Source: an uncultured Clostridia bacterium
GTDB taxonomy: Bacteria; Aerophobota; Aerophobia; Aerophobales; B3-G15
DNA length: 61,330 bases
Reading direction: 5' to 3'
Assembly (NCBI GenBank): GCA_964482715.1
Contig: CAYZYX010000004.1
Span: 1-61,330, forward strand
The notes beneath the pieces are model-generated. The model was not told the origin of the DNA, searched no databases, and saw only the letters and a list, made by a program, of their open reading frames with translations. The translations under genes and the position numbers were made by a program. Below, piece after piece: positions 34,648 through 45,171 of this stretch (within the stretch, counting starts at the first letter, position 1; each line of letters begins with the position of its first letter).

Positions 34648-35670
34648 ATGGTGGGAGAAGCTATTAAGTTACTTGTTGACAGAAAGCATCTGAGCGAGAA
34701 TCAGGCAAGAGAAGTTATGAAGGAGATAATGGAAGGGAAGGTGACCCCAGCTCAAATTGCTGCCCTTCTTGTTGCTTTAAGGTTAAAGGGAGAGGAGGAA
34801 GGAGAAATAGCAGGATTTGCTCGAGCAATGATGGAAAAGGTAGTGACTTTTCCATGGGAAGGAGAAATTCTGGTGGATACCTGTGGAACGGGTGGAGATG
34901 GACTTAAAACATTCAATATCTCAACCACATGTGCCTTTGTTGTTGCTGGAGCTGGGGTTAAGGTGGCCAAACATGGCAATCGTGCTCTTTCAAGTAACTG
35001 TGGTAGCGCCGATGTTTTAGAGGAAATCGGGGTAAAAATTGATCTTTCCCCTGAACTGGTTAAAAGAGCGCTTGATAAGGTGGGAATTGCTTTCCTTTTT
35101 GCTCCTCTTTTCCATCAAGCAATGAAATATGCTCTTTCACCTCGGAAAGAAATTGGAATAAGAACAGTATTTAACATTCTTGGTCCTTTAACAAATCCCT
35201 TAAGTGCTAATGTTCGTCTCATGGGAGTATATGACCCTTTGCTCACCGAGACTCTGGCTCGGGTAATGGCCCATTTAAAAGTTAAAAGAGCTTTTGTTGT
35301 CTGGAGTGAAGATGGTATGGACGAGGTAAGCTTGAGTAGCAAGACGAAGGTATCTGAATTAAAAAATGGCGAAGTCCAGACTTACTGGTTTAGGCCAGAA
35401 GAGCTTAATTTAGAGAGATCTTCTTTGAGTGATATCAAAGGTGGTAACAGAAAAACAAATGCCGCTATTATGCTTGATATTTTGAGAGGCAAGGAAAGGG
35501 GAGCAAAACGGGAGGTGGTTCTTCTCAATTCAGCTTTTTGTCTGTTGGGGACTGGTATGGTTAGCAGCTTAAAAGAGGGTGTAAAACTGGCTGCCGAATT
35601 GATAGATTCAGGGAAAGCGATAGATAAGTTGAACCAATTGATAGAGTTCAGCCGGAGTTTTAATTCATAG
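34648..35670 (+). CDS. trpD: Anthranilate phosphoribosyltransferase
   Basis: 'DTCGTGGDG..TFNIST', 'KHGNR..SS.CGSAD', 'RTVFNILGPLTNP'. Confidence 0.97.
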   Translation: MVGEAIKLLVDRKHLSENQAREVMKEIMEGKVTPAQIAALLVALRLKGEEEGEIAGFARAMMEKVVTFPWEGEILVDTCGTGGDGLKTFNISTTCAFVVAGAGVKVAKHGNRALSSNCGSADVLEEIGVKIDLSPELVKRALDKVGIAFLFAPLFHQAMKYALSPRKEIGIRTVFNILGPLTNPLSANVRLMGVYDPLLTETLARVMAHLKVKRAFVVWSEDGMDEVSLSSKTKVSELKNGEVQTYWFRPEELNLERSSLSDIKGGNRKTNAAIMLDILRGKERGAKREVVLLNSAFCLLGTGMVSSLKEGVKLAAELIDSGKAIDKLNQLIEFSRSFNS

Positions 35671-35680
35671 TTAAATTGAA

Positions 35681-36475
35681 ATGAAAAACACCATTCTTGA
35701 TGAGATTATAAAATTCAAACTTCAGGAAATTACTGAGAGAAAAAAACTTTTCCCCTTACGGGAACTAAAAAAAGAAACCTTGAAGGTATCGGCCTGTCGG
35801 GATTTCAGGAGCGCTGTCTTTAACTTTGAAGAAAAAAGTGTAAGTATAGTTGCGGAAATAAAGAGATTTTCTCCTTCCAGAGGAATATTGAGAAGCGATC
35901 TTGATCCGGTGAAAATGGCAAGTTTGTATGGGAAAAGTGGAGCATCAGCCATATCCGTACTGCTGGACAGTAAATTTTTTGGGGGAAGCCTGGATGATTT
36001 AAAATTGGTAAGAGACGCGGTTTCCCTACCAATTCTGGCTAAAGAGTTTATTATCGACGAATATCAAATTTACGAGGCAAAACTTGCAGGTGCAGATGCA
36101 GTTCTTTTAATTGCTCGGATACTTGAGAAAGAGAATCTTCTACGGCTCTATGAGGTAGCTGAGGATTTGGGTCTGGCCTGCATTGTTGAGATTCATACAT
36201 CTGGGGAGTTATCCAGGATAAGATCTTTACCTCCCTCAGTGATAATAGGGATAAATAATCGCAATCTGGAAAATTTTAAAGTGGATTTAGGGGTGACCAG
36301 GTCAATTTTAAGGTTTTTTCCTTCTTCCCGAAATATTATAAGCGAAAGCGGGATAAAAAATGTTCAAGACATAATAGAGTTGAAGAAAATGGGAGTTAAA
36401 GCATTTCTAATTGGGGAAGCTATTTTAAAAAGCAAAGATCCAGCCAGAAAATTAAAGGAGTTTTGCAGTGGTTAA
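35681..36475 (+). CDS. trpC: Indole-3-glycerol-phosphate synthase
   Basis: 'AEIKR.SPS.G', 'GINNRNL', 'SESGI'. Confidence 0.95.
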   Translation: MKNTILDEIIKFKLQEITERKKLFPLRELKKETLKVSACRDFRSAVFNFEEKSVSIVAEIKRFSPSRGILRSDLDPVKMASLYGKSGASAISVLLDSKFFGGSLDDLKLVRDAVSLPILAKEFIIDEYQIYEAKLAGADAVLLIARILEKENLLRLYEVAEDLGLACIVEIHTSGELSRIRSLPPSVIIGINNRNLENFKVDLGVTRSILRFFPSSRNIISESGIKNVQDIIELKKMGVKAFLIGEAILKSKDPARKLKEFCSG

Positions 36476-37079
36476 AGTAAAAATATGTGGTATTACCAAT
36501 GAAGAAGATGCACTTATTGCCACCCATATGGGGGCAGATGCACTGGGCTTTATTTTTGCACCCAGTCCTCGAAGAATTACTCCTTTAAAAGCCAAGAAAA
36601 TCATTGAAATCTTACCCCCTTTTATCGAAAAAGTGGGGGTTTTTGTAAATGAGGATATTTCCAGAGTTAAAGAAATTGCAGAGTTTTGTCAACTATCCTG
36701 TCTGCAGTTTCACGGCGAGGAATCACCTGAGTATTGTAATCAATTCACTCTAAAAGTGATCAAGTCCTTTTCCATCAATAATGAAGTTCCTCCTAATATG
36801 ACTAGTTATAAGGCAGATGCCTATCTTCTTGATACTTACTCTGAAATAAAAAAGGGAGGAACGGGCAAAATTTTCAACTGGGATGTTGCTCTTAAAGTAA
36901 AAGAGTTTAATATACCTCTTATTCTTTCAGGGGGATTAACCAGTGATAATGTAAAAGAGGCTGTAGAGAAAGTGAAGCCTTATGCCGTTGATGTGGCAAG
37001 TGGGGTAGAAATATGGCCCGGCAAAAAATCTGAGGAAAAAATAAGAAAATTTATTTTAAATGCAAAGGGGATTATATGA
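36468..37079 (+). CDS. trpF: Phosphoribosylanthranilate isomerase
   Basis: 'VKICGIT', 'QFHGEE', 'GGTG..F.W', 'VDVASGVE'. Confidence 0.96.
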   Translation: MVKVKICGITNEEDALIATHMGADALGFIFAPSPRRITPLKAKKIIEILPPFIEKVGVFVNEDISRVKEIAEFCQLSCLQFHGEESPEYCNQFTLKVIKSFSINNEVPPNMTSYKADAYLLDTYSEIKKGGTGKIFNWDVALKVKEFNIPLILSGGLTSDNVKEAVEKVKPYAVDVASGVEIWPGKKSEEKIRKFILNAKGII

Positions 37080-38302
37080 GACATTACCGTTTACCAGATT
37101 CCAATGGTCATTTTGGTAATTTTGGAGGGAAATTTGTTCCCGAAACTTTAATGCCTGCCCTTGAGGAACTTGAGAGGGCCTACCGGGAAGCTAAAAAAGA
37201 TAAAAAGGGTTTTCAGCAGGAACTTAAACTGCTCCTTTCCAAATATGCGGGGAGACCGACACCTCTTTATTTTGCCTCTCGTCTGAGCCATTACCTTGGA
37301 GGGGCAAAGATATATTTAAAAAGAGAAGATTTAGCTCATACCGGCTCTCACAAGATCAACAACACTCTGGGTCAGGCTCTTCTGGCCAGGAGAATGGGGA
37401 AGAAAAGAATAATTGCGGAAACCGGAGCAGGACAGCATGGTGTGGCAACAGCTACCGCCTCTTCTCTTTTAGGATTTCCCTGTGATATATACATGGGGGA
37501 GGAAGACATAAAAAGACAAAGGTTAAACGTGTTCAGGATGAGACTTCTGGGGGCCAGAGTTATTCCGGTTAAATCGGGAAGTAAAACCCTTAAAGACGCT
37601 ATTAATGAAACTATTAGAGATTGGGTGACCAACGTTAAAACTACCTACTATGTTTTGGGATCAGTTGTAGGGCCTCATCCTTACCCCATGATGGTTAGAG
37701 ACTTTCAGTCTGTTATCGGTCGTGAGGTTAAAAAACAGATTTTACAGGTAGAAAAAAGACTACCTGATTTTCTAATTGCCTGTGTTGGAGGAGGAAGTAA
37801 TTCTCTTGGAATGTTTTATCCGTTTTTGAAAGACGAAAATGTTAGTCTAATTGGTGTAGAAGCAGGAGGGTTTGGACTAAGTTCCTCCAGGCATGGAGCT
37901 ACCCTATGCAAGGGAAAAGTTGGTGTTCTTCACGGGAGCAAGAGTTTTCTTCTTCAGGATGAAAATGGGCAGATACAATCCACTCACTCTATTGCTGCAG
38001 GACTTGACTATCCAGGTGTTGGTCCTGAACATGCTTATCTAAAAATTACCGGTCGGGTAAATTACACTGCTGTTGAAGATGAAGAGGCACTTGAGGCTTT
38101 TAAATTGCTTTCTCGAATTGAAGGCATTATTCCTGCTCTTGAAAGTGCCCATGCTCTGGCTTATGCAGTTAAAATTGCTCCCAGGATGAGTAAAGATAAA
38201 GTCATAGTGGTAAATCTTTCTGGTAGGGGAGACAAAGATGTTGAGCAGGTGGCTCAAATTATGAAGACAAAAAAACTGGTTAAGAAGAGGATGAAAATAT
38301 GA
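37076..38302 (+). CDS. trpB: Tryptophan synthase beta chain
   Basis: 'HTGSHKINN', '[11 protein letters not shown]', '[11 protein letters not shown]', 'NLSGRGDKD'. Confidence 0.98.
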   Translation: MRHYRLPDSNGHFGNFGGKFVPETLMPALEELERAYREAKKDKKGFQQELKLLLSKYAGRPTPLYFASRLSHYLGGAKIYLKREDLAHTGSHKINNTLGQALLARRMGKKRIIAETGAGQHGVATATASSLLGFPCDIYMGEEDIKRQRLNVFRMRLLGARVIPVKSGSKTLKDAINETIRDWVTNVKTTYYVLGSVVGPHPYPMMVRDFQSVIGREVKKQILQVEKRLPDFLIACVGGGSNSLGMFYPFLKDENVSLIGVEAGGFGLSSSRHGATLCKGKVGVLHGSKSFLLQDENGQIQSTHSIAAGLDYPGVGPEHAYLKITGRVNYTAVEDEEALEAFKLLSRIEGIIPALESAHALAYAVKIAPRMSKDKVIVVNLSGRGDKDVEQVAQIMKTKKLVKKRMKI

Positions 38303-39105
38303 ACCGCATAGATCAGGTATTTAAAAGATTACAGCAGAGAAAAGAAAGAGCCTTTATTCCCTTTCTAACCCTCGGTTACCCAGATGTTGATTCTACTTTC
38401 CGACTTGTATTGGAACTGGAAAAAAGAGGAGCCGATATAATTGAGCTTGGTGTACCTTTCTCTGATCCGCTGGCTGATGGAAGAGTAATTCAAACTGCAT
38501 CTTATGAAGCCTTGAAAAACGGTGTCAACTTAAGGCAAGCTCTAAAGTTTGTTCGAAGGATAAGAGAAAAATCCCGGGTCCCTCTTTTATTTATGGGTTA
38601 CTACAATCCTGTTTTTCGAATGGGCGAGGAAAATTTTATCCGTGAGGCTAATCAGGCAGGGTTAGATGGACTGATCATAGCTGACCTTCCTCCCGAAGAG
38701 GCAAAAGATCTGGTTAAAAGAACCAGAAAGAACAATCTTGCACTCATCTTTCTTATCACTCCAGTAAGCTCAGACCATAGAATAAAGCTTATTTGCAAAT
38801 TAAGTCAGGGCTTTATATACTGTGTCTCCTATACCGGGGTAACCGGTGAGCGAAAAGCAGAGATTAAGAAATTGAAGATTTTACTGAAAAAAATACATTC
38901 TCTGTCTTCCATCCCTGTAGCTGTAGGTTTCGGTATCTCTTCAGCCAGGGAGGCCAGATCCATTTCCTCTTTTGCCGATGGTGTTATTGTAGGCTCAGCA
39001 ATTATCCGCAAAATTAAGGAGAGTAAAAGCAAAAAAGATATGGTTAAAAAAGTGGGCGAGTTTGCCCTTTCCCTTTCCCAGGCTATCAAAAACAAAAAAC
39101 CTTGA
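38299..39105 (+). CDS. trpA: Tryptophan synthase alpha chain
   Basis: '[13 protein letters not shown]', 'DLPPEEA', 'GVTG', 'VGFGIS', 'DGVIVGSA'. Confidence 0.97.
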   Translation: MNRIDQVFKRLQQRKERAFIPFLTLGYPDVDSTFRLVLELEKRGADIIELGVPFSDPLADGRVIQTASYEALKNGVNLRQALKFVRRIREKSRVPLLFMGYYNPVFRMGEENFIREANQAGLDGLIIADLPPEEAKDLVKRTRKNNLALIFLITPVSSDHRIKLICKLSQGFIYCVSYTGVTGERKAEIKKLKILLKKIHSLSSIPVAVGFGISSAREARSISSFADGVIVGSAIIRKIKESKSKKDMVKKVGEFALSLSQAIKNKKP

Positions 39106-39243
39106 GATTGGGACCCAGAAAAAAGCTATGGGAAAACTGTCTCAACTTCAGCAAAAAACTGATTGACACTTTCCAATAAAATTTTTAATATATCTATCCA
39201 TCAAATTTAAATTGGGTTTCCAAAAAATTTGGAGGAGGACAGG

Positions 39244-40302
39244 ATGAAGGAAGATTCCTTTTTGTTTTTAAAGAAGTTAATTGAGGCTCCCAGTCCCTCG
39301 GGTTTTGAAGTCCCTATCCAGCGAGTTATCAGAGAAGAGATGGCAAAATTTGCCGATGAAGTGAAAACAGACATTCATGGTAATGTTACTGGCATTAAAA
39401 ATCCTGAGGGTAGTCCTCGTTTAATGTTAGCCGGTCACTGTGATGAGATAGGATTCATGGTGAAGTATATTGACGAGAATGGTTTCCTGTATTTTTCTTC
39501 TATAGGAGGAGTGGATGCTCACATAGTACCCGGTCAGAGGGTTAAGATTCATACGTCAAGCGGACCCGTGCTCGGCGTAGTTGGTAAAAAACCAATCCAT
39601 GCTCTTGAAGAGGAGGAAAGAAAAAAGGTATCCAAATTGTCCGAACAATGGATAGATATTGGTGTGACAGGTAAAAAGGAGGCGGAAGAAAAGGTAAGGA
39701 TTGGTGATCCTGTAACCTTTGCCGTGGAACTTGAGAGATTAAATCAGGATAAACTCGTAGCACGTGGATTTGATGATAAAATAGGGGCATTTATTGTTTG
39801 CGAAGTTTTAAGGTTCTGTTCTAATGAATCTTTCTCTGCAGCTCTTTTTGCCACATCCACTGTCCAGGAAGAAGTTGGGTTAAGGGGAGCACGCACAGCC
39901 ACCTACTCCATAAATCCTGATCTCGGTGTAGCTATTGATGCTGATTTAGCTACTGATTTTCCAGGGATGGATAAAAAGAAAGAAGGTGAAATAAAAGTAG
40001 GTGCAGGACCTGTGTTATTTCGAGGACCCAACATAAATCCTAAGTTAGGGGAGATGTTGATTAAAATTGCCGAGGAGAATAACATTCCTTATCAGCTGGC
40101 TGGTGAGTCAAGAGCTACCCCAACTGATGCCAATGTAATTCAGATTAGCCGGGCTGGAGTTGCAGCTGCCCTTGTTTCCATTCCAGTAAGGTACTTACAT
40201 ACTCCTGTAGAACTTCTTTCCGTGAGCGATGTGGAAAATGCCATCAAGCTTCTGAGTCTTTTTGTTTTAAGGCTGGAAAAAGATAATTTTATTCCTTTTT
40301 AG
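39244..40302 (+). CDS. M42 family aminopeptidase
   Basis: 'PSPSGFE', 'AGHCDEIG', 'DDKIG', 'QEEVGLRGA', 'RYLHTP'; SD GGAGGAGG before ATG 39244. Confidence 0.93.
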   Translation: MKEDSFLFLKKLIEAPSPSGFEVPIQRVIREEMAKFADEVKTDIHGNVTGIKNPEGSPRLMLAGHCDEIGFMVKYIDENGFLYFSSIGGVDAHIVPGQRVKIHTSSGPVLGVVGKKPIHALEEEERKKVSKLSEQWIDIGVTGKKEAEEKVRIGDPVTFAVELERLNQDKLVARGFDDKIGAFIVCEVLRFCSNESFSAALFATSTVQEEVGLRGARTATYSINPDLGVAIDADLATDFPGMDKKKEGEIKVGAGPVLFRGPNINPKLGEMLIKIAEENNIPYQLAGESRATPTDANVIQISRAGVAAALVSIPVRYLHTPVELLSVSDVENAIKLLSLFVLRLEKDNFIPF

Positions 40303-40309
40303 TTTCAAT

Positions 40310-41215
40310 CTAAAATATTAAAGAAAAAGAAAAGTAATGACTGCTGGAAAGTTCCTGGTTGGTGACAAAAGCATAATCCAGGTTAAAGCCGTTTTTCTGG
40401 GAAAATTTTATTTTAAGCCCAAGTCCTGCTGTTATTATTAATTTTTCTTCGGGTTGAAATTTGTTAATAAGTCCGGCTCGAAGGGCAAATAGCTTTCCCA
40501 TTTTAAGTTCGCTTCCCAGTTGAACACTCCGGGGTAAATCCTCCAAGGTAAAGTCAGTATCAAGGGCAATCAAGATCGATGGGGTCGGTTTAAAGGAAAA
40601 ACCGACTTTTAAAGTGGAGGGTATTGTTTCTTTATGACCGGTGCCCCATTCGATTTTGGAGTATATATCTTGCAGACACACCCCAAAGGACATTTTTTCC
40701 TGTCTCATAATGTAACCAAGATCAAAACTGTAGCCAGTGGCGTCTTCCCAGGATGTTGTTTGTTTTAAGTATTTTAAATTGATTCCCCAGCTACTTGCTG
40801 CTCCAATTTCTCTTGCATAGGAGTAAGACCACAGATCATAAAGCCACTCTTCTGGTTCAAGATCAGCAGAAAGGTGGTTCCAGCTAACACCCCCACTTCC
40901 CAGTCCGGTGTCAGGTTCAACAAAAGTGAGATAGCTTTGCGAAAGTAAACCCAGCCCATAGAGATTAGTGTACATTGAACCAAGTTCTCGCTGCTTAACA
41001 CCGGAAAGTCCGGCAGGATTATAATAGCAAGCACTGTAATCATCAGCCACAGCTACAAAAGCTCCTCCCATCCCCATAGCCCGTGCACTTATAGAAAGTT
41101 TTGTAAATCCACTATCCTTCACGTGCAGATATTCGCAGCTACCCTGGAAAGGAAGAGAGCTTGTGCCTGCGAGGATTATTAAAGAAAAAATAATTAAAAT
41201 TTTTGCTTTTTGCAT
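40310..41215 (-). CDS. PorV/PorQ-like (UPF0164) outer-membrane beta-barrel protein, second paralog
   Basis: Signal peptide; 'SARAMGMGGAFVAVADD.SA.YYNPAGL'; ends 'HYFSFSLIF'. Confidence 0.8.
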   Translation of the reverse strand: MQKAKILIIFSLIILAGTSSLPFQGSCEYLHVKDSGFTKLSISARAMGMGGAFVAVADDYSACYYNPAGLSGVKQRELGSMYTNLYGLGLLSQSYLTFVEPDTGLGSGGVSWNHLSADLEPEEWLYDLWSYSYAREIGAASSWGINLKYLKQTTSWEDATGYSFDLGYIMRQEKMSFGVCLQDIYSKIEWGTGHKETIPSTLKVGFSFKPTPSILIALDTDFTLEDLPRSVQLGSELKMGKLFALRAGLINKFQPEEKLIITAGLGLKIKFSQKNGFNLDYAFVTNQELSSSHYFSFSLIF

Positions 41216-41264
41216 TTTCTTTTATACTTTTACCAGCAAAAACCAATTTTGTCAAATTATAATT

Positions 41265-42197
41265 TTAGATTATTCCAAGTTCATCGAGATATTTACCGGC
41301 ACTAAATGCAGCCTGAGCTCCCTCAGAGCAGGCAACCACTACCTGTTTGAGAAGATTAGCTCTCACGTCACCACAGGCAAATACCCCCTTCACGTTTGTT
41401 TCCATTTTTTCGTTGGTTAAAATAAATCCCTTCTCATCCAGTTTAACCCATCCTTTTACAGGATCGCTGTTTGGTTTAAGTCCCACGAATATAAAGACTC
41501 CCTCACAGGGAAGATTTTTTATTGTTTGCTCTTTTAGGTTTCTAACCACCACACCTTTTACCTGTCCATCACCGTATATTTTCTCCACCACTGTAGACCA
41601 GAAAACCTGAATTTTTCTGTTAGTTAAAATTTTTTCCTGTAATATCTTATCTGCCCTTAGTTTCTCTCTTCTATGAATGAGATAAACTCTGCTGGCAAAT
41701 CGTGTAAGATAAAGTGCTTCTTCTGCAGCTGCATTTCCCCCTCCAACTACTACTACCTCCCGATCTTTAAAAAAGGGTGCATCACAGGTGGCGCAGTAGC
41801 TTACTCCTCGTCCTGTAAATTCTTTCTCCCCCGGGACACCAAGATGTCGAGCACCGGCCCCTGTGGCCAGAATAACTGAATGACTTGTATAGATTTTTCC
41901 TGAGCTGGTTATAATTTTTTTCTCCTGATTCCCTTCTATTTTTTCCACTTCTTCGCTTTTAAGCTCCATCCCGAGATTTTCAGCTTGAAGAACCATTCGG
42001 GAGATTAATTCTTGTGTGAAAACAGGATGAGGAAATCCAGGATAATTCTCAATTTTTTCTGATAGTAAAATCTGCCCCCCTGGAGTCAACTTTTCCAAAA
42101 CAAGGATTTTTATGCCCGCTCTTCTTGCGTAGATGGCAGCGGAGAGTCCTGCTGGCCCAGCCCCGACAATTATCAGTGGATAGTTTTGCTCTCTCAT
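41265..42197 (-). CDS. trxB: Thioredoxin-disulfide reductase
   Basis: 'GAGPAGLSAA', 'ENYPG', 'GVSYCATCD', 'VGGGN'. Confidence 0.96.
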   Translation of the reverse strand: MREQNYPLIIVGAGPAGLSAAIYARRAGIKILVLEKLTPGGQILLSEKIENYPGFPHPVFTQELISRMVLQAENLGMELKSEEVEKIEGNQEKKIITSSGKIYTSHSVILATGAGARHLGVPGEKEFTGRGVSYCATCDAPFFKDREVVVVGGGNAAAEEALYLTRFASRVYLIHRREKLRADKILQEKILTNRKIQVFWSTVVEKIYGDGQVKGVVVRNLKEQTIKNLPCEGVFIFVGLKPNSDPVKGWVKLDEKGFILTNEKMETNVKGVFACGDVRANLLKQVVVACSEGAQAAFSAGKYLDELGII

Positions 42198-43093
42198 TTT
42201 ACTTTGACACCTCCGTTTGTATCAATATAATGGGTTAAAAGGCGGATTTTAGTTTTTGCAGTTTCAATCTTCTGGCGGTAAAAATTATACTGCTCCCATT
42301 TCCCTCTTTTACTGCAGCCTCTTGCTAAAATCTCGGATTTTCTTATTATTTCTTTTAAGGTGGCGATTTTCCAGGAAAGAGGGAGTTCGGTCTTTTCAGC
42401 CATTTTCTCTAAGGCTTGTAAACGAAAGCGGTCAATTCCCCAGTATTTTTTAGATAATTGATCTGGATGCCCCCCTCTTTTGATAATTAAAGGTTTTCTG
42501 ATTAGTTTTACAGGATAGATGGAACAGATTCGCAGCCAGAAGTCATAGTCTTCAGCTACAGGTAGTCTTGGATCAAAGTATCCGACTCTGGAAAATACAG
42601 AGCGGTGAATTATTACTGAAGAAGGAGATATGATACAAAGAGGCAGGCATTGAAGGTATATCCATCCGGAATGTTTAGCATGTTTTTTCCTTGGGTTTAC
42701 AAATTTTCCATTTCTTATCCATTTTTCTTCGGTATAACAGATCTTAAATTCAGGCTCTTGTTGCAGAGCGTCCATTTGTTTTTCCAGTTTTTTTCTTTCC
42801 CAGAGATCATCAGAATCCAGAAAAGTCATCCATTCTCCCCGAGAAAGGTAAATTCCGGTGTTTCGGGCAACAGAAGGCCCAAAGTTAGGTTGATAAATAT
42901 ATTTAATTTTCTTAACTCTTTCCGGGCCAAGTATTTCCAGGGTATTATCTGTAGATCCATCATCTATAACTATCAATTCATAGTCAGAATAAGTCTGACT
43001 GAGAACCGAGTCTACAGCTTCGACCAAAAATTTCCCCCTATTGTAGGTAGGAATTACAACACTTACTTTTGGATTATTAATGGATTGGCTCAT
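42194..43093 (-). CDS. Glycosyltransferase family 2
   Basis: 'VSVVIPTYNR', 'DDGSTD', 'ARNTG', 'FLDSDD', 'EDYDFWLR'. Confidence 0.92.
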   Translation of the reverse strand: MSQSINNPKVSVVIPTYNRGKFLVEAVDSVLSQTYSDYELIVIDDGSTDNTLEILGPERVKKIKYIYQPNFGPSVARNTGIYLSRGEWMTFLDSDDLWERKKLEKQMDALQQEPEFKICYTEEKWIRNGKFVNPRKKHAKHSGWIYLQCLPLCIISPSSVIIHRSVFSRVGYFDPRLPVAEDYDFWLRICSIYPVKLIRKPLIIKRGGHPDQLSKKYWGIDRFRLQALEKMAEKTELPLSWKIATLKEIIRKSEILARGCSKRGKWEQYNFYRQKIETAKTKIRLLTHYIDTNGGVKVK

Positions 43094-44096
43094 TAAACCT
43101 CAAATGAAGTTTAAGATGAACCTGGAAAATGTAAAGTTAAATCTTATTGATGAAGATCCCCTTTTCCGTTTTTCTGATGAAGAGCCAGCTAAAATTGAGA
43201 TGCTAAAACGCTCTATTGAAACAGTGGGGATTTTGAAACCTCTTATTTTACTGCCTGTGGCTAAAAAGTACAAGATTGTAGATGGATTTAAGCGTTTCGT
43301 TGTAGCCAGAGAATCTGGAATTTGTCATCTTCCCGCCTGGATTGTGATAGAGAAAACTTCCATGCCCCGACTTTTATCTTTAAGTATACTGGCCAATTAT
43401 CGCAATTTTTCCATTTCTGAGAAAGCCCGAATTATTCGTATACTTCGTAATCTTGGACTAACCTCTCTCCAAATTCTGGAAAAATTTGGAAATTTGATCG
43501 GCATTTCTGCTGAGCAGTTTGATTCTTACTTAAAGATATCTTATTACCCTGATTTTCTCCTTTCCTATATTAGTAGAAATAACCTTTCTCTTAAGCAAGC
43601 TCTTTCTTTTGACGGTCTTTGTGACAGTGAGCAAAAAGCCTTGTTTAAAATAGTCTCTTCTCTCAATTTTAAAGGGTTTGATGTGTATAATATACTAACA
43701 GATTTGAAAGAAATAGCAATAAAGGAGAAAACGAGAGTGGGTAGGTTAATTGAGGAACTGGAACTATCTTCTCTGGTACAGAAAAAAGAATTCACTCGCT
43801 CGGAAAAAACAGAGAAGATAAAAAGTAGAATTAAAGAAAGAAAATACCCCCTTTTAACTAAGATTAATGCTGAGCTTGTCAAGTTGAAGGGAAAATTAAA
43901 ACCCGGTAAAGGAATTGAAGTTAACTGGGATGAAAGATTGGAAACATCAGGATTGAAGCTTATTATTACCATTTCTCATCCTCAAATACTGGAAGAAATA
44001 TCCCGGTTTTTATCCCGACAAGAAACACGGAAAATACTTTCTGTTATGCTAAGGGTCTACCATGAGGGATTACCAAATAAGAAAAATACTGATTGA
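43080..44096 (+). CDS. ParB/Srx N-terminal domain protein
   Basis: 'LKRSIETVGILKPLIL....YKIVDGFKRF'; the true start may be ATG 43104 or 43116. Confidence 0.75.
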   Translation: MDWLIKPQMKFKMNLENVKLNLIDEDPLFRFSDEEPAKIEMLKRSIETVGILKPLILLPVAKKYKIVDGFKRFVVARESGICHLPAWIVIEKTSMPRLLSLSILANYRNFSISEKARIIRILRNLGLTSLQILEKFGNLIGISAEQFDSYLKISYYPDFLLSYISRNNLSLKQALSFDGLCDSEQKALFKIVSSLNFKGFDVYNILTDLKEIAIKEKTRVGRLIEELELSSLVQKKEFTRSEKTEKIKSRIKERKYPLLTKINAELVKLKGKLKPGKGIEVNWDERLETSGLKLIITISHPQILEEISRFLSRQETRKILSVMLRVYHEGLPNKKNTD

Positions 44097-45171
44097 CTCA
44101 AAAGTTAAACATAATTCTCTGGTTAAGGAAATTATTAAAAAAAATAACAACAGTAAGGTATATTTGATTGATTTACGGGATAAATCTATTATTTCAAGAT
44201 TCTCTTTTAGGGAAGGCAAAGAAACCCTTCTTTTAACAGAGTTCCCAGGGGATTTTATAAAACCTTGTCCTGGAACCGGAGGAGGTTATCTTTGCTGTGG
44301 CTATCTTGTCATAAATCAACCCATTAACTGTCCAATGGACTGCACTTATTGTATCCTGCAGGACTATCTTGGACCTTCTCCTTTAATTTTATACGTTAAT
44401 TTTGAAAAGTTAATCCAGGAGATAGATATGCTGAATAAAAAGGCAGACGCAGAAGGCAGGATTTTCAGGATAGGAAATGGAGAACTTTCTGACAGTCTGG
44501 CTCTGGATTATATTGGTGATTTTTCCTCTTTTTTTATCCGTAATTTTAGAGAAAAGAAAAATTTAATATTTGAGTTTAAAACCAAAACCGACGAAGTGGA
44601 AAAGATTCTTAGACTCTCTCCAGCTGAAAATATCGTCATATCCTGGTCACTTAATCCCCAGAATATTATGGAGAAAGAAGAGCTTTTCACCGCCACTCTG
44701 GAACGAAGAATAAAGGCTGCTAAACTTGTTCAGGAGAGAGGCTTTAAAGTTGGTTTTCACTTTGATCCTCTCATATTTTATCCTGAGTGGCAAACCGGTT
44801 ACCGCAAACTAATCGAGAACCTTTTTTCTTCAATTGACACTTCAGGTATTTTCTGGATCTCTCTTGGGGCTTTGAGATTTCCCTCTTCTCTCAAAGAACT
44901 GATTAAAAAGAGATTCCCTCACAGTGACATAATTTATCAGGAGATGATCAGAGGTATGGATGGTAAATTACGTTACATAAAACCGTTGCGTATAAAAATA
45001 TTCAGGGAAATTTATCGTTTAATTAAAGAAGCTGCCCCTCAAGTTTTTTGTTATTTTTGCATGGAAAGTCCTGATGTTTGGGAAAAAGTTATGGGATTTT
45101 CACCTTCCTCTAATTTACATTTTCAAAGCATATTTGAAAATTACTGTAAAGAGAAAATGAAAAAATTTTAA
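44062..45171 (+). CDS. Spore photoproduct lyase-like radical SAM protein
   Basis: 'CPMDCTYC' CxxxCxxC motif, 'EFKTK', 'SWSLNP', 'GFHFDP', 'YFCMES'. Confidence 0.85.
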   Translation: MRDYQIRKILIDSKVKHNSLVKEIIKKNNNSKVYLIDLRDKSIISRFSFREGKETLLLTEFPGDFIKPCPGTGGGYLCCGYLVINQPINCPMDCTYCILQDYLGPSPLILYVNFEKLIQEIDMLNKKADAEGRIFRIGNGELSDSLALDYIGDFSSFFIRNFREKKNLIFEFKTKTDEVEKILRLSPAENIVISWSLNPQNIMEKEELFTATLERRIKAAKLVQERGFKVGFHFDPLIFYPEWQTGYRKLIENLFSSIDTSGIFWISLGALRFPSSLKELIKKRFPHSDIIYQEMIRGMDGKLRYIKPLRIKIFREIYRLIKEAAPQVFCYFCMESPDVWEKVMGFSPSSNLHFQSIFENYCKEKMKKF

